Positions 8,876 to 17,492 of a DNA stretch of 64,000 bases are shown piece by piece. The stretch lies in sequence record LT960552.1; one strand, 5' to 3'. Positions within the stretch are counted from its first letter, which is position 1, and every line of letters starts with the position of its first letter. Under the pieces are notes generated by a model. That model saw nothing but the letters and a program-made list of their open reading frames with translations, had not been told where the DNA came from and made no database searches. Both the position numbers and the translations under genes were made by a program.

Positions 8876-8996
8876 GGCGAGTTAGCTCAGTGGTAGAGCA
8901 CGTAGAAACCAAGGATTCTAGTACTAGATTCCCGCAGCAACAATAACTCATACTATGATAAAGTCGTGGTCGGGGGTTCAAATCCCTCACTCGCCG
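8876..8996 (+). ncRNA. CAGCA-module element 3: tRNA body with anticodon arm replaced by module
   Basis: GGCGAGT/ACTCGCC acceptor, canonical D and T arms; insert GGATTCTAG..CTAGATTCC-CGCAGCAA. Confidence 0.85.
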
Positions 8997-9061
8997 CAAA
9001 TAAATATCATTTTTCGAACCAACTGTGATAAATAAAAATAAATCATAGAGGGTTCGAAAAA

Positions 9062-9694
9062 ATGAAACAATGTTTAAATTGTAATAATGAAATTGATGAT
9101 AAGAAAAAGTTTTGCAATAGTTCGTGTGCTGCAAAGTACAATAATTCTCACAGGATATTATCGGAAGAAACAAAATCTAAAATTTCTAAATCTTTAAAAG
9201 GTCGAGAAGTTAAATTTATTGAAACTGAAAATGTTAAGTCTGGAAGACTTCGAGCGGGTGCTAAACGGAGAGAGGCAGCATTGGAACAATTGATGAAACG
9301 TGATTTTAATGATTTAAGTTTGGTAAGAAAAAAGAAACGTGTTAGAATAGAGCAAGAAAATAAATGTTTCAGGTGTGGATTGAATGAATGGATGAATGAA
9401 CCATTAATATTAGAAGTTGATCATATAGATGGTGATAATACTAATAATATAAGAGAAAATTTACGTGCATTATGTCCAAATTGTCACTCACAAACTGACA
9501 CATGGAGAGGTACGAATTCACGAAAAGTAAAAATTTCTGATGATGATTTAGTATCTATATTAAAAGAATCTAAATCCATACGAGATGCAATTTTAAAGGC
9601 TGGTATGTCAATTACCAGTCATAGTTATAAAAGAATAAACTTATTAATTGAGAAATATCATATTAATTTTTTACTAAGGGTAAAGGAGGTATAA
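9062..9694 (+). CDS. HNH homing endonuclease
   Basis: LEVDHIDGDNTNN..NLRALCPNCH; N-terminal CxxC/FCxxxC and NUMOD3-like HILSEETKSKIS. Confidence 0.9.
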   Translation: MKQCLNCNNEIDDKKKFCNSSCAAKYNNSHRILSEETKSKISKSLKGREVKFIETENVKSGRLRAGAKRREAALEQLMKRDFNDLSLVRKKKRVRIEQENKCFRCGLNEWMNEPLILEVDHIDGDNTNNIRENLRALCPNCHSQTDTWRGTNSRKVKISDDDLVSILKESKSIRDAILKAGMSITSHSYKRINLLIEKYHINFLLRVKEV

Positions 9695-9696
9695 TT

Positions 9697-9903
9697 ATGT
9701 TCCTTGATGAAATTAAACACGTTCCGTTTCCTAGTTATAAATCATTAGAAAAGGCACGTACTGAATCATCTAAATCAATTAATCCAACAACATATGATCG
9801 TTATAAAAAATATCATTATCCAGTAGGTACTGAATTTCGTTTAGCAAAAGCTATTGATTCTTTAATTGTTAAAATTAAAAAGGTAATTAAATATGTCAGT
9901 TAA
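9697..9903 (+). CDS. hypothetical protein
   Basis: GGAGG SD. Confidence 0.65.
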   Translation: MFLDEIKHVPFPSYKSLEKARTESSKSINPTTYDRYKKYHYPVGTEFRLAKAIDSLIVKIKKVIKYVS

Positions 9904-10498
9904 ATTTACTCCAGTAGTAACGTCGTTAACAAATACACTTGTTGTTGAATTAGAATACGAACATGGTGATGCAGATGCAACTACATATGACTATGCATCA
10001 ATCTCAGTACTTCCTGAACAGAAACAAACTATTGGGGGATTGCTTTCAATTATTGAGCATGGTTTAGAATGCCAGAATGCCGAACGATATGATGACACTA
10101 TTGATCCATTTTTTGTTGATGAAACAGTAACCTATGACAATGACCAAGGTATTCCATTAGTTGGAGTTGAAATTCGTTTTGGTTTTGATTATAATGCTCC
10201 GAAAGAGAAAGGAACTGTAATTGAAGTTGATAATGACCAGCAATATATTATTGTTCGTTCAGCAACGGGTGAAGTACACCAATTAGAATTTGATGAACTT
10301 GAAGATTGTATTACTTCATCGATTGGTATTATGGTAATGGATGGTAGTGAAATCAGCTTTACATATAATGGTATTAGTGTTAACATTGGTAGTGTTGGTG
10401 ATTGCACAGTTGACCAGCAATATAATGCATCAGGTGGTATTAACGCAGTTTATTACTATGATGAAAATGGTATTAAATACATTGTAACTGATTATTAA
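9893..10498 (+). CDS. hypothetical protein (EHGD motif)
   Basis: ORF track. Confidence 0.7.
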   Translation: MSVKFTPVVTSLTNTLVVELEYEHGDADATTYDYASISVLPEQKQTIGGLLSIIEHGLECQNAERYDDTIDPFFVDETVTYDNDQGIPLVGVEIRFGFDYNAPKEKGTVIEVDNDQQYIIVRSATGEVHQLEFDELEDCITSSIGIMVMDGSEISFTYNGISVNIGSVGDCTVDQQYNASGGINAVYYYDENGIKYIVTDY

Positions 10499-10704
10499 AA
10501 TTTGCGGGAACGCTTGACAAACTGCCAAACACCCCGTTAACATAGGGGGTTGTTTATGAAGTACTTTTATGAAGTATTAATTGTATTAGTAATTTTGGTT
10601 GGTCTTATTGCTTTCTGGTTAAAAAGTTTATTAATTTCAATACTAGGAATATTAATATTCTTAGTTGGATGTTTAATTGAATACGTTGTTAATAGGATAA
10701 AAAC

Positions 10705-11064
10705 ATGAAACATTTTCTTGAAGTATTATTTGTTGCTATTGCAGTAGTTGCTATGATGTTAGGTTATACAGTAATTTCAATTTGGTCAGCAATGTTTGCT
10801 ATTATCTTTTGGGCTGCTCCTAATTCATCAGTTAAAAAAACTCCCGAAGATTATCTTAATGAATCTCGTAAATTAAACGTATCAGGAGCAGAGGTTGAGT
10901 TTGAATTTTTATCGGATAAAGGTAAAACTTTTACAGTTAAATTAGAACCTCATTTGTATATTAATGATGATATGCTTATGGATAGTTTGGTAGAATATAT
11001 CGTTAAACACACTGGAATTCAAACCAGTTCTGAACGTTTAAATATCATTTCTATAAAAAAATAA
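10705..11064 (+). CDS. membrane-anchored hypothetical protein
   Basis: N-terminal hydrophobic segment. Confidence 0.65.
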   Translation: MKHFLEVLFVAIAVVAMMLGYTVISIWSAMFAIIFWAAPNSSVKKTPEDYLNESRKLNVSGAEVEFEFLSDKGKTFTVKLEPHLYINDDMLMDSLVEYIVKHTGIQTSSERLNIISIKK

Positions 11065-11070
11065 TTATTA

Positions 11071-11094
11071 AAAACCCTTTTTTAAGGGTTTTTT
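11071..11094 (+). terminator. intrinsic terminator
   Basis: AAAACCCTT-TTTT-AAGGGTTTT followed by T run. Confidence 0.6.
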
Positions 11095-11098
11095 AATT

Positions 11099-11184
11099 GG
11101 GGATATGGTGTAATGGTAGACGCAGGGGATTCAAAATCCCCCGCCCTTAGTGGCGTGTCAGTTCGAGTCTGACTATCCCCACCA
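11099..11184 (+). tRNA. tRNA-Leu(CAA)
   Basis: GGGGA-TTCAAAA-TCCCC, long variable arm, encoded CCA. Confidence 0.95.
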
Positions 11185-11304
11185 AATATTTTAATTAAAC
11201 TCATTTTTGTACTTGACATAAATCAAGAAATGTCTTACAATGTGTATATGTTCAGTAATGAACTAAACCGTTGTTAAACTATAAATTACCTTTTGGGTGA
11301 AAAA

Positions 11305-12918
11305 ATGAAAAAAACTTTATTAGCGTTATCTATTGTAGTAGCATCAATGACTGCATTTAACGCAACCGCAGCAGTCTCTTTAAAATCATCAGGCGACCAA
11401 TTTGGTCCGGCTATGTCTGATTTACTGAATTCAAATGAAAACGGTAACTGGAATCAGCAACGATTCATGAACACGTTCAATAATCGCTTTAATGGTACTG
11501 AAGCAGAAGCATTAGCATTGTTTAATGCTGTAAAAGGTGGTAATGTTCCAACATCACTTGATAGCTTTAATAGTACTTTACCATCTTCAGGTGGCACTGT
11601 CACTAAAGGTGATAAGGGCGACAAAGGTGACAAAGGCGAAAATGGTGCAGATGGTGCAGATGGTGCAGATGGTGCAGATGGTACAAAAGTATCATTAACT
11701 CCAGATGGTACTATTACATTGGATGATGGTAAAGGTGGAACCGTTCAACAAGATTTGGCTACACAAGCTGAATTAAATCAAGAACGTTATAAACTTGAAC
11801 AAAAAGATAAAGAACACGATGTTACTCTTACTGATCATGAAACTCGTTTAGATACAGTCGAAAATATGACGAATGGTTTAAATGTCGTTGTAGGGACTAA
11901 TAAACAAGATATCGAAGAATTAAAAGACGGTAAAGCAGACAAAAAAGATCTGGATAAAGAAGTTGCAGATCGTGATGCTGGTGATAAAGTACTAGATTCT
12001 AAAATTGATAATGTAGTATCAAATCAATCAAGTACTGATGCTGCACAAAATGCCGCCATTGATAGTAAAGTAGATAAAACTACACAAGCAGCGAAAGATT
12101 CAGCTCAAGATACTGCTATTGGTAATAAAGTTGACAAAAGTCAATATAATACTGATAAAGTAATTCAGGGTATTCATGATGCTGCACAAGACAATGCAAT
12201 TATCGGACTGGCAGTAACAAAAGCAGACAAAAAAGATCTGGATAAAGAAGTAGCTGACCGTAAAACCGCAGATAATAAATTGCAATCAAATATTGACAAT
12301 GAAGCAAATGTGCGTAATAATGCAGATGTTGCATTGAAAAACAATATTGATAAAAATAAAGCTGACCAACTTGGTGTTGATACTGCACAAAATGCCGTTA
12401 TTGATACTAAAGCAAGTAAGCAAGATTTAAACACTGAAGTTGATGAACGTAAAGTAGCTGATAAAAAGTTGCAGAAAAACATTGACAATGAAGCAAATGT
12501 ACGTAATAATGCAGACCAAGTTCTTAGTTCTCGCATTGATACAAATAGTACTACTTTAGTACAACACGACCAACGTATTACAAGTAACACACAACGTGTT
12601 GGTGTAGTTGAAAATCGTGTAACTAATTTAGAACAAAGTACTAATCGTCGGTTTACAGAATTAAAAAGTACTGTAGATGATAACCGTAAAGTTGCAAGTG
12701 CTGGTATTGCTGGTGCAGGTGCAATGGCAAATATTCCACAAGTATCGCAAAATAGTACTTTCTCTGTCGGTGCTGGTATTGGTGGTTATGATAGTGAGCA
12801 AGCAGTTGCTGTAGGATTCTCTGCTCGTATTAACAACAACATTGTAACTAAGGTTGCTGTAAGTACAAATACACAATCCGAGTTGTTATGGGGTGCTGGT
12901 GTAGGCGTAGAATGGTAA
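11305..12918 (+). CDS. YadA-like trimeric autotransporter adhesin with collagen-like repeat
   Basis: Signal peptide, (GDK)3/(GAD)4 Gly-X-Y repeat, coiled-coil stalk repeats, C-terminal anchor AGIAGAGAMANIPQ..GAGVGVEW. Confidence 0.9.
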   Translation: MKKTLLALSIVVASMTAFNATAAVSLKSSGDQFGPAMSDLLNSNENGNWNQQRFMNTFNNRFNGTEAEALALFNAVKGGNVPTSLDSFNSTLPSSGGTVTKGDKGDKGDKGENGADGADGADGADGTKVSLTPDGTITLDDGKGGTVQQDLATQAELNQERYKLEQKDKEHDVTLTDHETRLDTVENMTNGLNVVVGTNKQDIEELKDGKADKKDLDKEVADRDAGDKVLDSKIDNVVSNQSSTDAAQNAAIDSKVDKTTQAAKDSAQDTAIGNKVDKSQYNTDKVIQGIHDAAQDNAIIGLAVTKADKKDLDKEVADRKTADNKLQSNIDNEANVRNNADVALKNNIDKNKADQLGVDTAQNAVIDTKASKQDLNTEVDERKVADKKLQKNIDNEANVRNNADQVLSSRIDTNSTTLVQHDQRITSNTQRVGVVENRVTNLEQSTNRRFTELKSTVDDNRKVASAGIAGAGAMANIPQVSQNSTFSVGAGIGGYDSEQAVAVGFSARINNNIVTKVAVSTNTQSELLWGAGVGVEW

Positions 12919-12983
12919 TTGGTTGAATACGTTAGGGGTACACTGTACCCCTAAAATTTTAAGTTAGATAGCAGGAGAATTCA

Positions 12984-13493
12984 ATGTATACAGAAGAATA
13001 TTGTGAAAACAATTTGATAAACATTGGAAAAGGTGCTTCCCGAACAGTTTTTGCAATAAATCTTGATTATGTAGTTAAAGTTGCACATAATAAATTTGGT
13101 ATAGACCAAAATATTCAAGAGATAAAATTGTTTCAAAAATATGGAAAGATATTACCTCTTTGTAAAATAGATCTTTACCATAGTAATGAAAACTATATAA
13201 TAATGGAACGTATTAATACTTTTAATGTAGAGTATAATGCATTTGATATCACCCAAATAGATATGATATCACATTTGGTTTGTGTTGAACAAATTGATAA
13301 TGATTATATTAGCACATTACCTCCAGTACTGGCAGAATTTGCAAATAATTTACTCAGTAATGAATTAAGTAATGACGAAATTAGAAATGTATTGTATGAT
13401 GTTGTACATTATAATGTTGGTATAAAAGATGGTAAGATATTAATTCTTGATTATGGATTTACTGAAGAATTAGATTCTGAATATTGGGAATAA
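12984..13493 (+). CDS. minimal protein-kinase-like protein
   Basis: IGKGASRTVF Gly loop, VVKV lysine, DVVHYN catalytic loop, LDYG. Confidence 0.7.
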   Translation: MYTEEYCENNLINIGKGASRTVFAINLDYVVKVAHNKFGIDQNIQEIKLFQKYGKILPLCKIDLYHSNENYIIMERINTFNVEYNAFDITQIDMISHLVCVEQIDNDYISTLPPVLAEFANNLLSNELSNDEIRNVLYDVVHYNVGIKDGKILILDYGFTEELDSEYWE

Positions 13494-13615
13494 AAAATAG
13501 CTTGACATGATGATTTGAATTTGATATAATGTATATCACATCGACGGATGATAAACGTAACTCTGGTACTTATGATTAAGTACTTTTTTGAAAATAAAAT
13601 ATAAGGGCTTTATAA

Positions 13616-13840
13616 ATGGCTAAGAACACAATTACTGATATTGGCGAAGTTGAACGTACTGTGAATTATATCAAGTTCCAGATCTCTCAAGCTGACGAGC
13701 AGCTTGCACCATTCGCTAACAGCGATAAGCCAAAGATTTGCTATGCACATCTGTTGGAGTGGAAAAAGCAGTTGCAATCTGAACTGTATGAAATCCGTCA
13801 GGCTCAGCAGAAAGCACGTCATAACAATCCACACAAGTAA
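13616..13840 (+). CDS. hypothetical protein
   Basis: ORF downstream of TTGACA-N17-TATAAT (13502-13530). Confidence 0.7.
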   Translation: MAKNTITDIGEVERTVNYIKFQISQADEQLAPFANSDKPKICYAHLLEWKKQLQSELYEIRQAQQKARHNNPHK

Positions 13841-13900
13841 TAAGCCATGCCGCCAGCATTGTTGGCGGCGTCTTTTAAGTGATAACAAGAGTATATTATA

Positions 13901-14143
13901 ATGAAAAGTGCAACAGCGTTAAAAAATATGAATCAGCGTATTCAAACATTACGTTCTCAACTGGATTTAGCTTGGTCAGATTGGAGTAAGTTAAATAGTA
14001 TTGAGACTAAAACCAAAGATGAATCAAAAGATCTATCTAAAATTTCAGGTTTTATTAGTAAATTAAATTATGAAATTCGCGGTTTGGAATTGTCTTTTAA
14101 TGAATTGAAAAAACAAGTCATTGATGAAATCATTTTGTCTTAA
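13901..14143 (+). CDS. coiled-coil hypothetical protein
   Basis: ORF track. Confidence 0.6.
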   Translation: MKSATALKNMNQRIQTLRSQLDLAWSDWSKLNSIETKTKDESKDLSKISGFISKLNYEIRGLELSFNELKKQVIDEIILS

Positions 14144-14149
14144 TAAAAA

Positions 14150-14620
14150 ATGGGGTTAGTTATGGGTGTGATAGTTATTTACTGTATATTAGGTTCCCTT
14201 GGTTTATTCACATTGTATATGTTTGTAGTAACATCTGCAATGGGGACAGAACGACTTAAAACTTCTCAGTACTTTATGTCTTCATTGAGTTATTGTGAAG
14301 AAGCAACAACTAAAATTAATTTGTTGATTGATAAGTATGAAGCAGGGCTTATTAAAGCAAAATTAAAAAATAATGTAATTGAATTTACTGAAATGGAAAA
14401 AAATATTCCAGCAGGTGAAATCTGGATAGCAAATAAATATTTTTCATATGGTCAGTTACATCGTTATGGTGCGAATGGAAATATCTCTTGGCAATGTAAT
14501 AAACCAAGTTTAAAAACTTTTAAACGAATTATTAAACTTGAAAAACAGCTAAACGTTGCTCATCAAGAACCAGTACCGAAAAGTGCAAAATCAACAGATG
14601 AGCCTGTAATTTTGGACTAA
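14150..14620 (+). CDS. membrane-anchored hypothetical protein
   Basis: N-terminal TM segment. Confidence 0.65.
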   Translation: MGLVMGVIVIYCILGSLGLFTLYMFVVTSAMGTERLKTSQYFMSSLSYCEEATTKINLLIDKYEAGLIKAKLKNNVIEFTEMEKNIPAGEIWIANKYFSYGQLHRYGANGNISWQCNKPSLKTFKRIIKLEKQLNVAHQEPVPKSAKSTDEPVILD

Positions 14621-14724
14621 GGGCGTAATTGCCCTATTTTAATTAAGAGATTTAAAATATACATTTGAGAACTTCATGGTATGGGAAAAGTAGTGAATTT
14701 CTTTCAAATGTTATCGTAAATATT

Positions 14725-14753
14725 TGAAACAACTAAAAAAATTGTGGTATAAT
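14725..14753 (+). promoter_or_regulatory. TGAAAC-N17-TATAAT promoter upstream of module element 4
   Basis: TGAAAC 14725-14730, TATAAT 14748-14753. Confidence 0.8.
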
Positions 14754-14760
14754 ATAGTAC

Positions 14761-14886
14761 ATAAGGCAACGGAATCTTACAGCAAAAATACTAATTTTGA
14801 TGAAAACGAAACGACGAGGTTCGAATCCTCACCCACGAATTGCCTTATTATTAGTGGGAGCATGGTGCTGGATAAACAAAGATTCC
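14761..14886 (+). ncRNA. CAGCA-module element 4: minimal permuted tRNA-like cargo
   Basis: GGAATCT-TACAGCAA ... GAGG-TTCGAAT-CCTC, CCCAC/GTGGG closed acceptor, short D-like hairpin ... AGATTCC. Confidence 0.8.
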
Positions 14887-14907
14887 AAAATTTAAGTTAG
14901 AAAAATA

Positions 14908-14936
14908 TGAAACAAATCAAAAATTTGTGGTATAAT
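14908..14936 (+). promoter_or_regulatory. TGAAAC-N17-TATAAT promoter
   Basis: TGAAAC 14908-14913, TATAAT 14931-14936. Confidence 0.8.
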
Positions 14937-14945
14937 ATAAGAAGT

Positions 14946-15056
14946 AAAGCGGGATGGTGATTGATGAAAGCTGTTATTTGATTCTAGACAATCATAATAA
15001 GCGAGTAATAGAACAGGGTTCTTAATATCACATGGGTTCAAATCCCTGTCGCTGCA
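14946..15056 (+). pseudogene. degenerate class II (Ser-like) tRNA-like RNA with elongated anticodon arm
   Basis: T-loop TTCAAAT, weak acceptor AGCG/CGCT, long stem TTATTTGATT/AATCATAATAA with 6-nt loop CTAGAC. Confidence 0.5.
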
Positions 15057-15057
15057 C

Positions 15058-15188
15058 AAAAGCAACAAATGAAATCTTACAGCAAACACAACATTTTTTC
15101 CTTGCATAGAAAAACGGTGGGGTTCGATTCCCCAACATCCAAGTTGCTTTTTAGGATGTGTCTGGACGACCGTATGACACAGATTTCA
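15058..15188 (+). ncRNA. CAGCA-module element 5: minimal permuted tRNA-like cargo with TGC loop hairpin
   Basis: TGAAATCT-TACAGCAA ... TGGGG-TTCGATT-CCCCA, ACATCC/GGATGT closed acceptor ... AGATTTCA. Confidence 0.8.
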
Positions 15189-15193
15189 GTACT

Positions 15194-15268
15194 GTTCCGT
15201 TAGACAAATTGGTATAGTCACCACACTTTCAATGTGGATTTCTGAGGGTTCAAGTCCCTCACGGAACG
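15194..15268 (+). tRNA. tRNA-Glu(TTC)
   Basis: CCACA-CTTTCAA-TGTGG; GTTCCGT/ACGGAAC. Confidence 0.93.
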
Positions 15269-15272
15269 CTAA

Positions 15273-15387
15273 AGGATTCGTACAGCAACAATAAACTCTT
15301 AAAATTCAATTGGTGAAAACAACCTTGCAGTTCGATTCTGCTTCCACAATGCGTGGATCTGGTGGTGGATAGAAAAAACCGAATCCT
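15273..15387 (+). ncRNA. CAGCA-module element 6: minimal permuted tRNA-like cargo
   Basis: AGGATTCG-TACAGCAA ... GCAG-TTCGATT-CTGC, TCCAC/GTGGA ... CGAATCCT. Confidence 0.8.
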
Positions 15388-15416
15388 GATTTTAATTAAG
15401 AAGTACTAAAGAATTT

Positions 15417-15578
15417 GATACACACGGATTTATACAGCAAACATAATCCTAAAATAAAACATACGATAATGTTATTAACTCGGAATTCGTTCCTTTCGTT
15501 AGTACTTGGCAACTTGGGTACTTAAATAAGTTGTATCACCTCATGTGTATCGGATTAGTGGTGATTATAAATAAATCC
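15417..15578 (+). ncRNA. CAGCA-module element 7: multi-hairpin cargo
   Basis: GGATTTAT-ACAGCAA ... ATAAATCC; internal hairpins CAACTT/AAGTTG and ATCACC/GGTGAT. Confidence 0.7.
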
Positions 15579-15614
15579 AGTAAATCAAAAGTACCTTTAT
15601 CGGTACTTTTTTAT

Positions 15615-15707
15615 GGAAGATTGGCAGAGTTTGGTTTATTGCACAGGTCTTGAGTACCTGCGGGGGTTAATAGCCCTCCGTGAGTTCGAATCTCACATCT
15701 TCCTCCA
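15615..15707 (+). tRNA. tRNA-Ser(TGA), loop CTTGAGT
   Basis: CAGGT-CTTGAGT-ACCTG, long variable arm, encoded CCA. Confidence 0.9.
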
Positions 15708-15726
15708 AATTTTATGTAGTACAATG

Positions 15727-15800
15727 GGGTACGTAGCTCAGTCTGGTAGAGCAGCCATGCGAAAACGGTGTGTCGGTGGTTCGAATCCACTCGCTCCCCA
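15727..15800 (+). pseudogene. degenerate tRNA (Phe-like, loop GCGAAAA, poorly paired anticodon stem)
   Basis: Canonical D and T arms; mismatched acceptor and anticodon stems. Confidence 0.55.
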
Positions 15801-15804
15801 CTAA

Positions 15805-15861
15805 GGAATCTAGCAGCAACCATAACCCAATCAAACTTTTAATTTGACAATTATGGATTCC
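15805..15861 (+). ncRNA. CAGCA-module element 8: isolated Lys(TTT) anticodon stem-loop cargo
   Basis: GGAATC-TAGCAGCAA-CCATAA..TCAAA-CTTTTAA-TTTGA..TTATGG-ATTCC. Confidence 0.85.
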
Positions 15862-15884
15862 AGTTATTTTAAGTTGAGAATAGC

Positions 15885-16289
15885 ATGACGGATAACGAAA
15901 AACTTGAAAATATATTAATTGAAGCATTGACAATAATTAATACTTCAACATATAATTTTGAATCGTCCAAAGACGATTCAAAATCTAGATTTGTCTTATG
16001 CGGTAAAAGAGCACAACTTAAGTTGTACTTTTCTGCCAAATATGGTGAATTAAGTATAGAATTTATTCATCACTTGATTGGAGATACCCTATCATTTCAG
16101 ATTAATTATTATGATGATTCGGACGAAGATGATGATTACCATAATTTATATGGTGAAATACGTATTCCAAGAACTGAAGAACAATACTTTCAGTACTACA
16201 CAATTCAAGATCATGTTTTCTCTTTAGAGTTTTATAAATTATTAGAAAACATAATGAACGAATTATTGGTAAAGTGGCAGAGCGGCTGA
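15885..16289 (+). CDS. hypothetical protein, EEQHFQ-motif family
   Basis: TEEQYFQ motif; 3' end overlaps tRNA-Ser. Confidence 0.7.
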   Translation: MTDNEKLENILIEALTIINTSTYNFESSKDDSKSRFVLCGKRAQLKLYFSAKYGELSIEFIHHLIGDTLSFQINYYDDSDEDDDYHNLYGEIRIPRTEEQYFQYYTIQDHVFSLEFYKLLENIMNELLVKWQSG

Positions 16290-16358
16290 ATGCAACCGCT
16301 TGGAAAGCGGTCAGGTTAGGTGATACTAGCCTCGTAGGTTCAAATCCTATCTTTACCG
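16268..16358 (+). tRNA. tRNA-Ser(GGA)
   Basis: ACCGC-TTGGAAA-GCGGT, long variable arm, G73. Confidence 0.93.
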
Positions 16359-16408
16359 CAAAAGTAATAACCTCCTTATTAAAGAATACATACCCATAGG
16401 AGAATATT

Positions 16409-16765
16409 ATGTACGAGAAAGATGATGGTCCATTAACAGATGAACAATTGTGTATTATTCGTGAAATGAATAGTCATTTAGAACAATCTAATTTAAGTAT
16501 AGACTTGGATTGGTTAAATAGTGAAAAACAAGGAAATGCAATGTATTACGACTACTATTACAAAATTGATGGTGAACTTCGTCGTCATACCAGTAATCAA
16601 GAGTTAACTGATGCGGAAATCAATAATATTTTTGGTGCAAGCAAACATGTGGTAATGCTTACTCCAATTGTTTTTGAACGTGAGATTAGTACGGAAGATA
16701 AGTCTGGTAATAAAATTAAAAGTACTGAAAAAGTACACGTAGGATTTTTAGGTTACGTGGAATAA
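16409..16765 (+). CDS. hypothetical protein
   Basis: GGGAG SD. Confidence 0.65.
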   Translation: MYEKDDGPLTDEQLCIIREMNSHLEQSNLSIDLDWLNSEKQGNAMYYDYYYKIDGELRRHTSNQELTDAEINNIFGASKHVVMLTPIVFEREISTEDKSGNKIKSTEKVHVGFLGYVE

Positions 16766-16810
16766 TATAATTTATTGGATTCGAAAGAATCCTTTTTAAG
16801 TGAGATGATT

Positions 16811-17035
16811 ATGGATAATCAACATAAAAAGATTAAAGGGTATCGTGACCTTTCTCAAAAAGAAATCGATGCAATGAATGAAATTAAACAACTAGCAGCT
16901 ACTGTTGAAGAGTTAATTGAAAAACTTGAAGGAACTGACTCTATTGATAAACGCTGGCTTGCTATTGCAAAAACAGATTTACAAAAAGGGTTCATGTCAG
17001 CAGTGCGAAGCGTGGCTAAACCAGATTCCTTTTGA
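16811..17035 (+). CDS. acb2: anti-CBASS cyclic-oligonucleotide sponge Acb2
   Basis: [17 protein letters not shown]-terminus and [23 protein letters not shown]-terminus match the Acb2 family. Confidence 0.9.
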   Translation: MDNQHKKIKGYRDLSQKEIDAMNEIKQLAATVEELIEKLEGTDSIDKRWLAIAKTDLQKGFMSAVRSVAKPDSF

Positions 17036-17043
17036 GGAAAATA

Positions 17044-17424
17044 ATGCATACAATTGATAACCATGCTGATATAATTGATGATGTTATAACTGAAATACTT
17101 GAAATTTATACGTGTAAAGTTGAAGTTTATAATTATGGTAATTTGTTTTCACAGCACGGCTATAGTACTAAACATAATATAAATTATCATATAAATGCAA
17201 AGTACTATAATAATAATTCAAAAAATGGTAGACGAGCTAATAGTCTTGTGATAGAATTTAAATTCACTAACAGAGTTCCTAAAGGACTAAAAGATTATTA
17301 TAGATTATCAATACCTGAAATACAAAGTATTACAGAAGAACGACATTTTCAATTAATGTTAGTTACTGATGATATGTACTTGGATTATGAAGTTATAAAT
17401 AAATTACGTACACATATTATGTAA
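17044..17424 (+). CDS. hypothetical protein, EEQHFQ-motif family
   Basis: TEERHFQL motif. Confidence 0.7.
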   Translation: MHTIDNHADIIDDVITEILEIYTCKVEVYNYGNLFSQHGYSTKHNINYHINAKYYNNNSKNGRRANSLVIEFKFTNRVPKGLKDYYRLSIPEIQSITEERHFQLMLVTDDMYLDYEVINKLRTHIM

Positions 17425-17433
17425 AAAAGTTTT

Positions 17434-17487
17434 TAGAATCTAACAGCAATCAAAACTCATTGGATATATGAAAAAAAATAGATTCTA
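17434..17487 (+). ncRNA. CAGCA-module element 9: small hairpin cargo with GAT-centred 7-nt loop
   Basis: TAGAATCTA-ACAGCAA..TCAT-TGGATAT-ATGA..TAGATTCTA; 5 nt upstream of tRNA-Ile(GAT). Confidence 0.75.
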
Positions 17488-17492
17488 GTATT

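Noticed and set aside
12100-12876. Minus-strand ORFs inside the adhesin gene
   Set aside because: Antisense shadows of a repetitive coding sequence.
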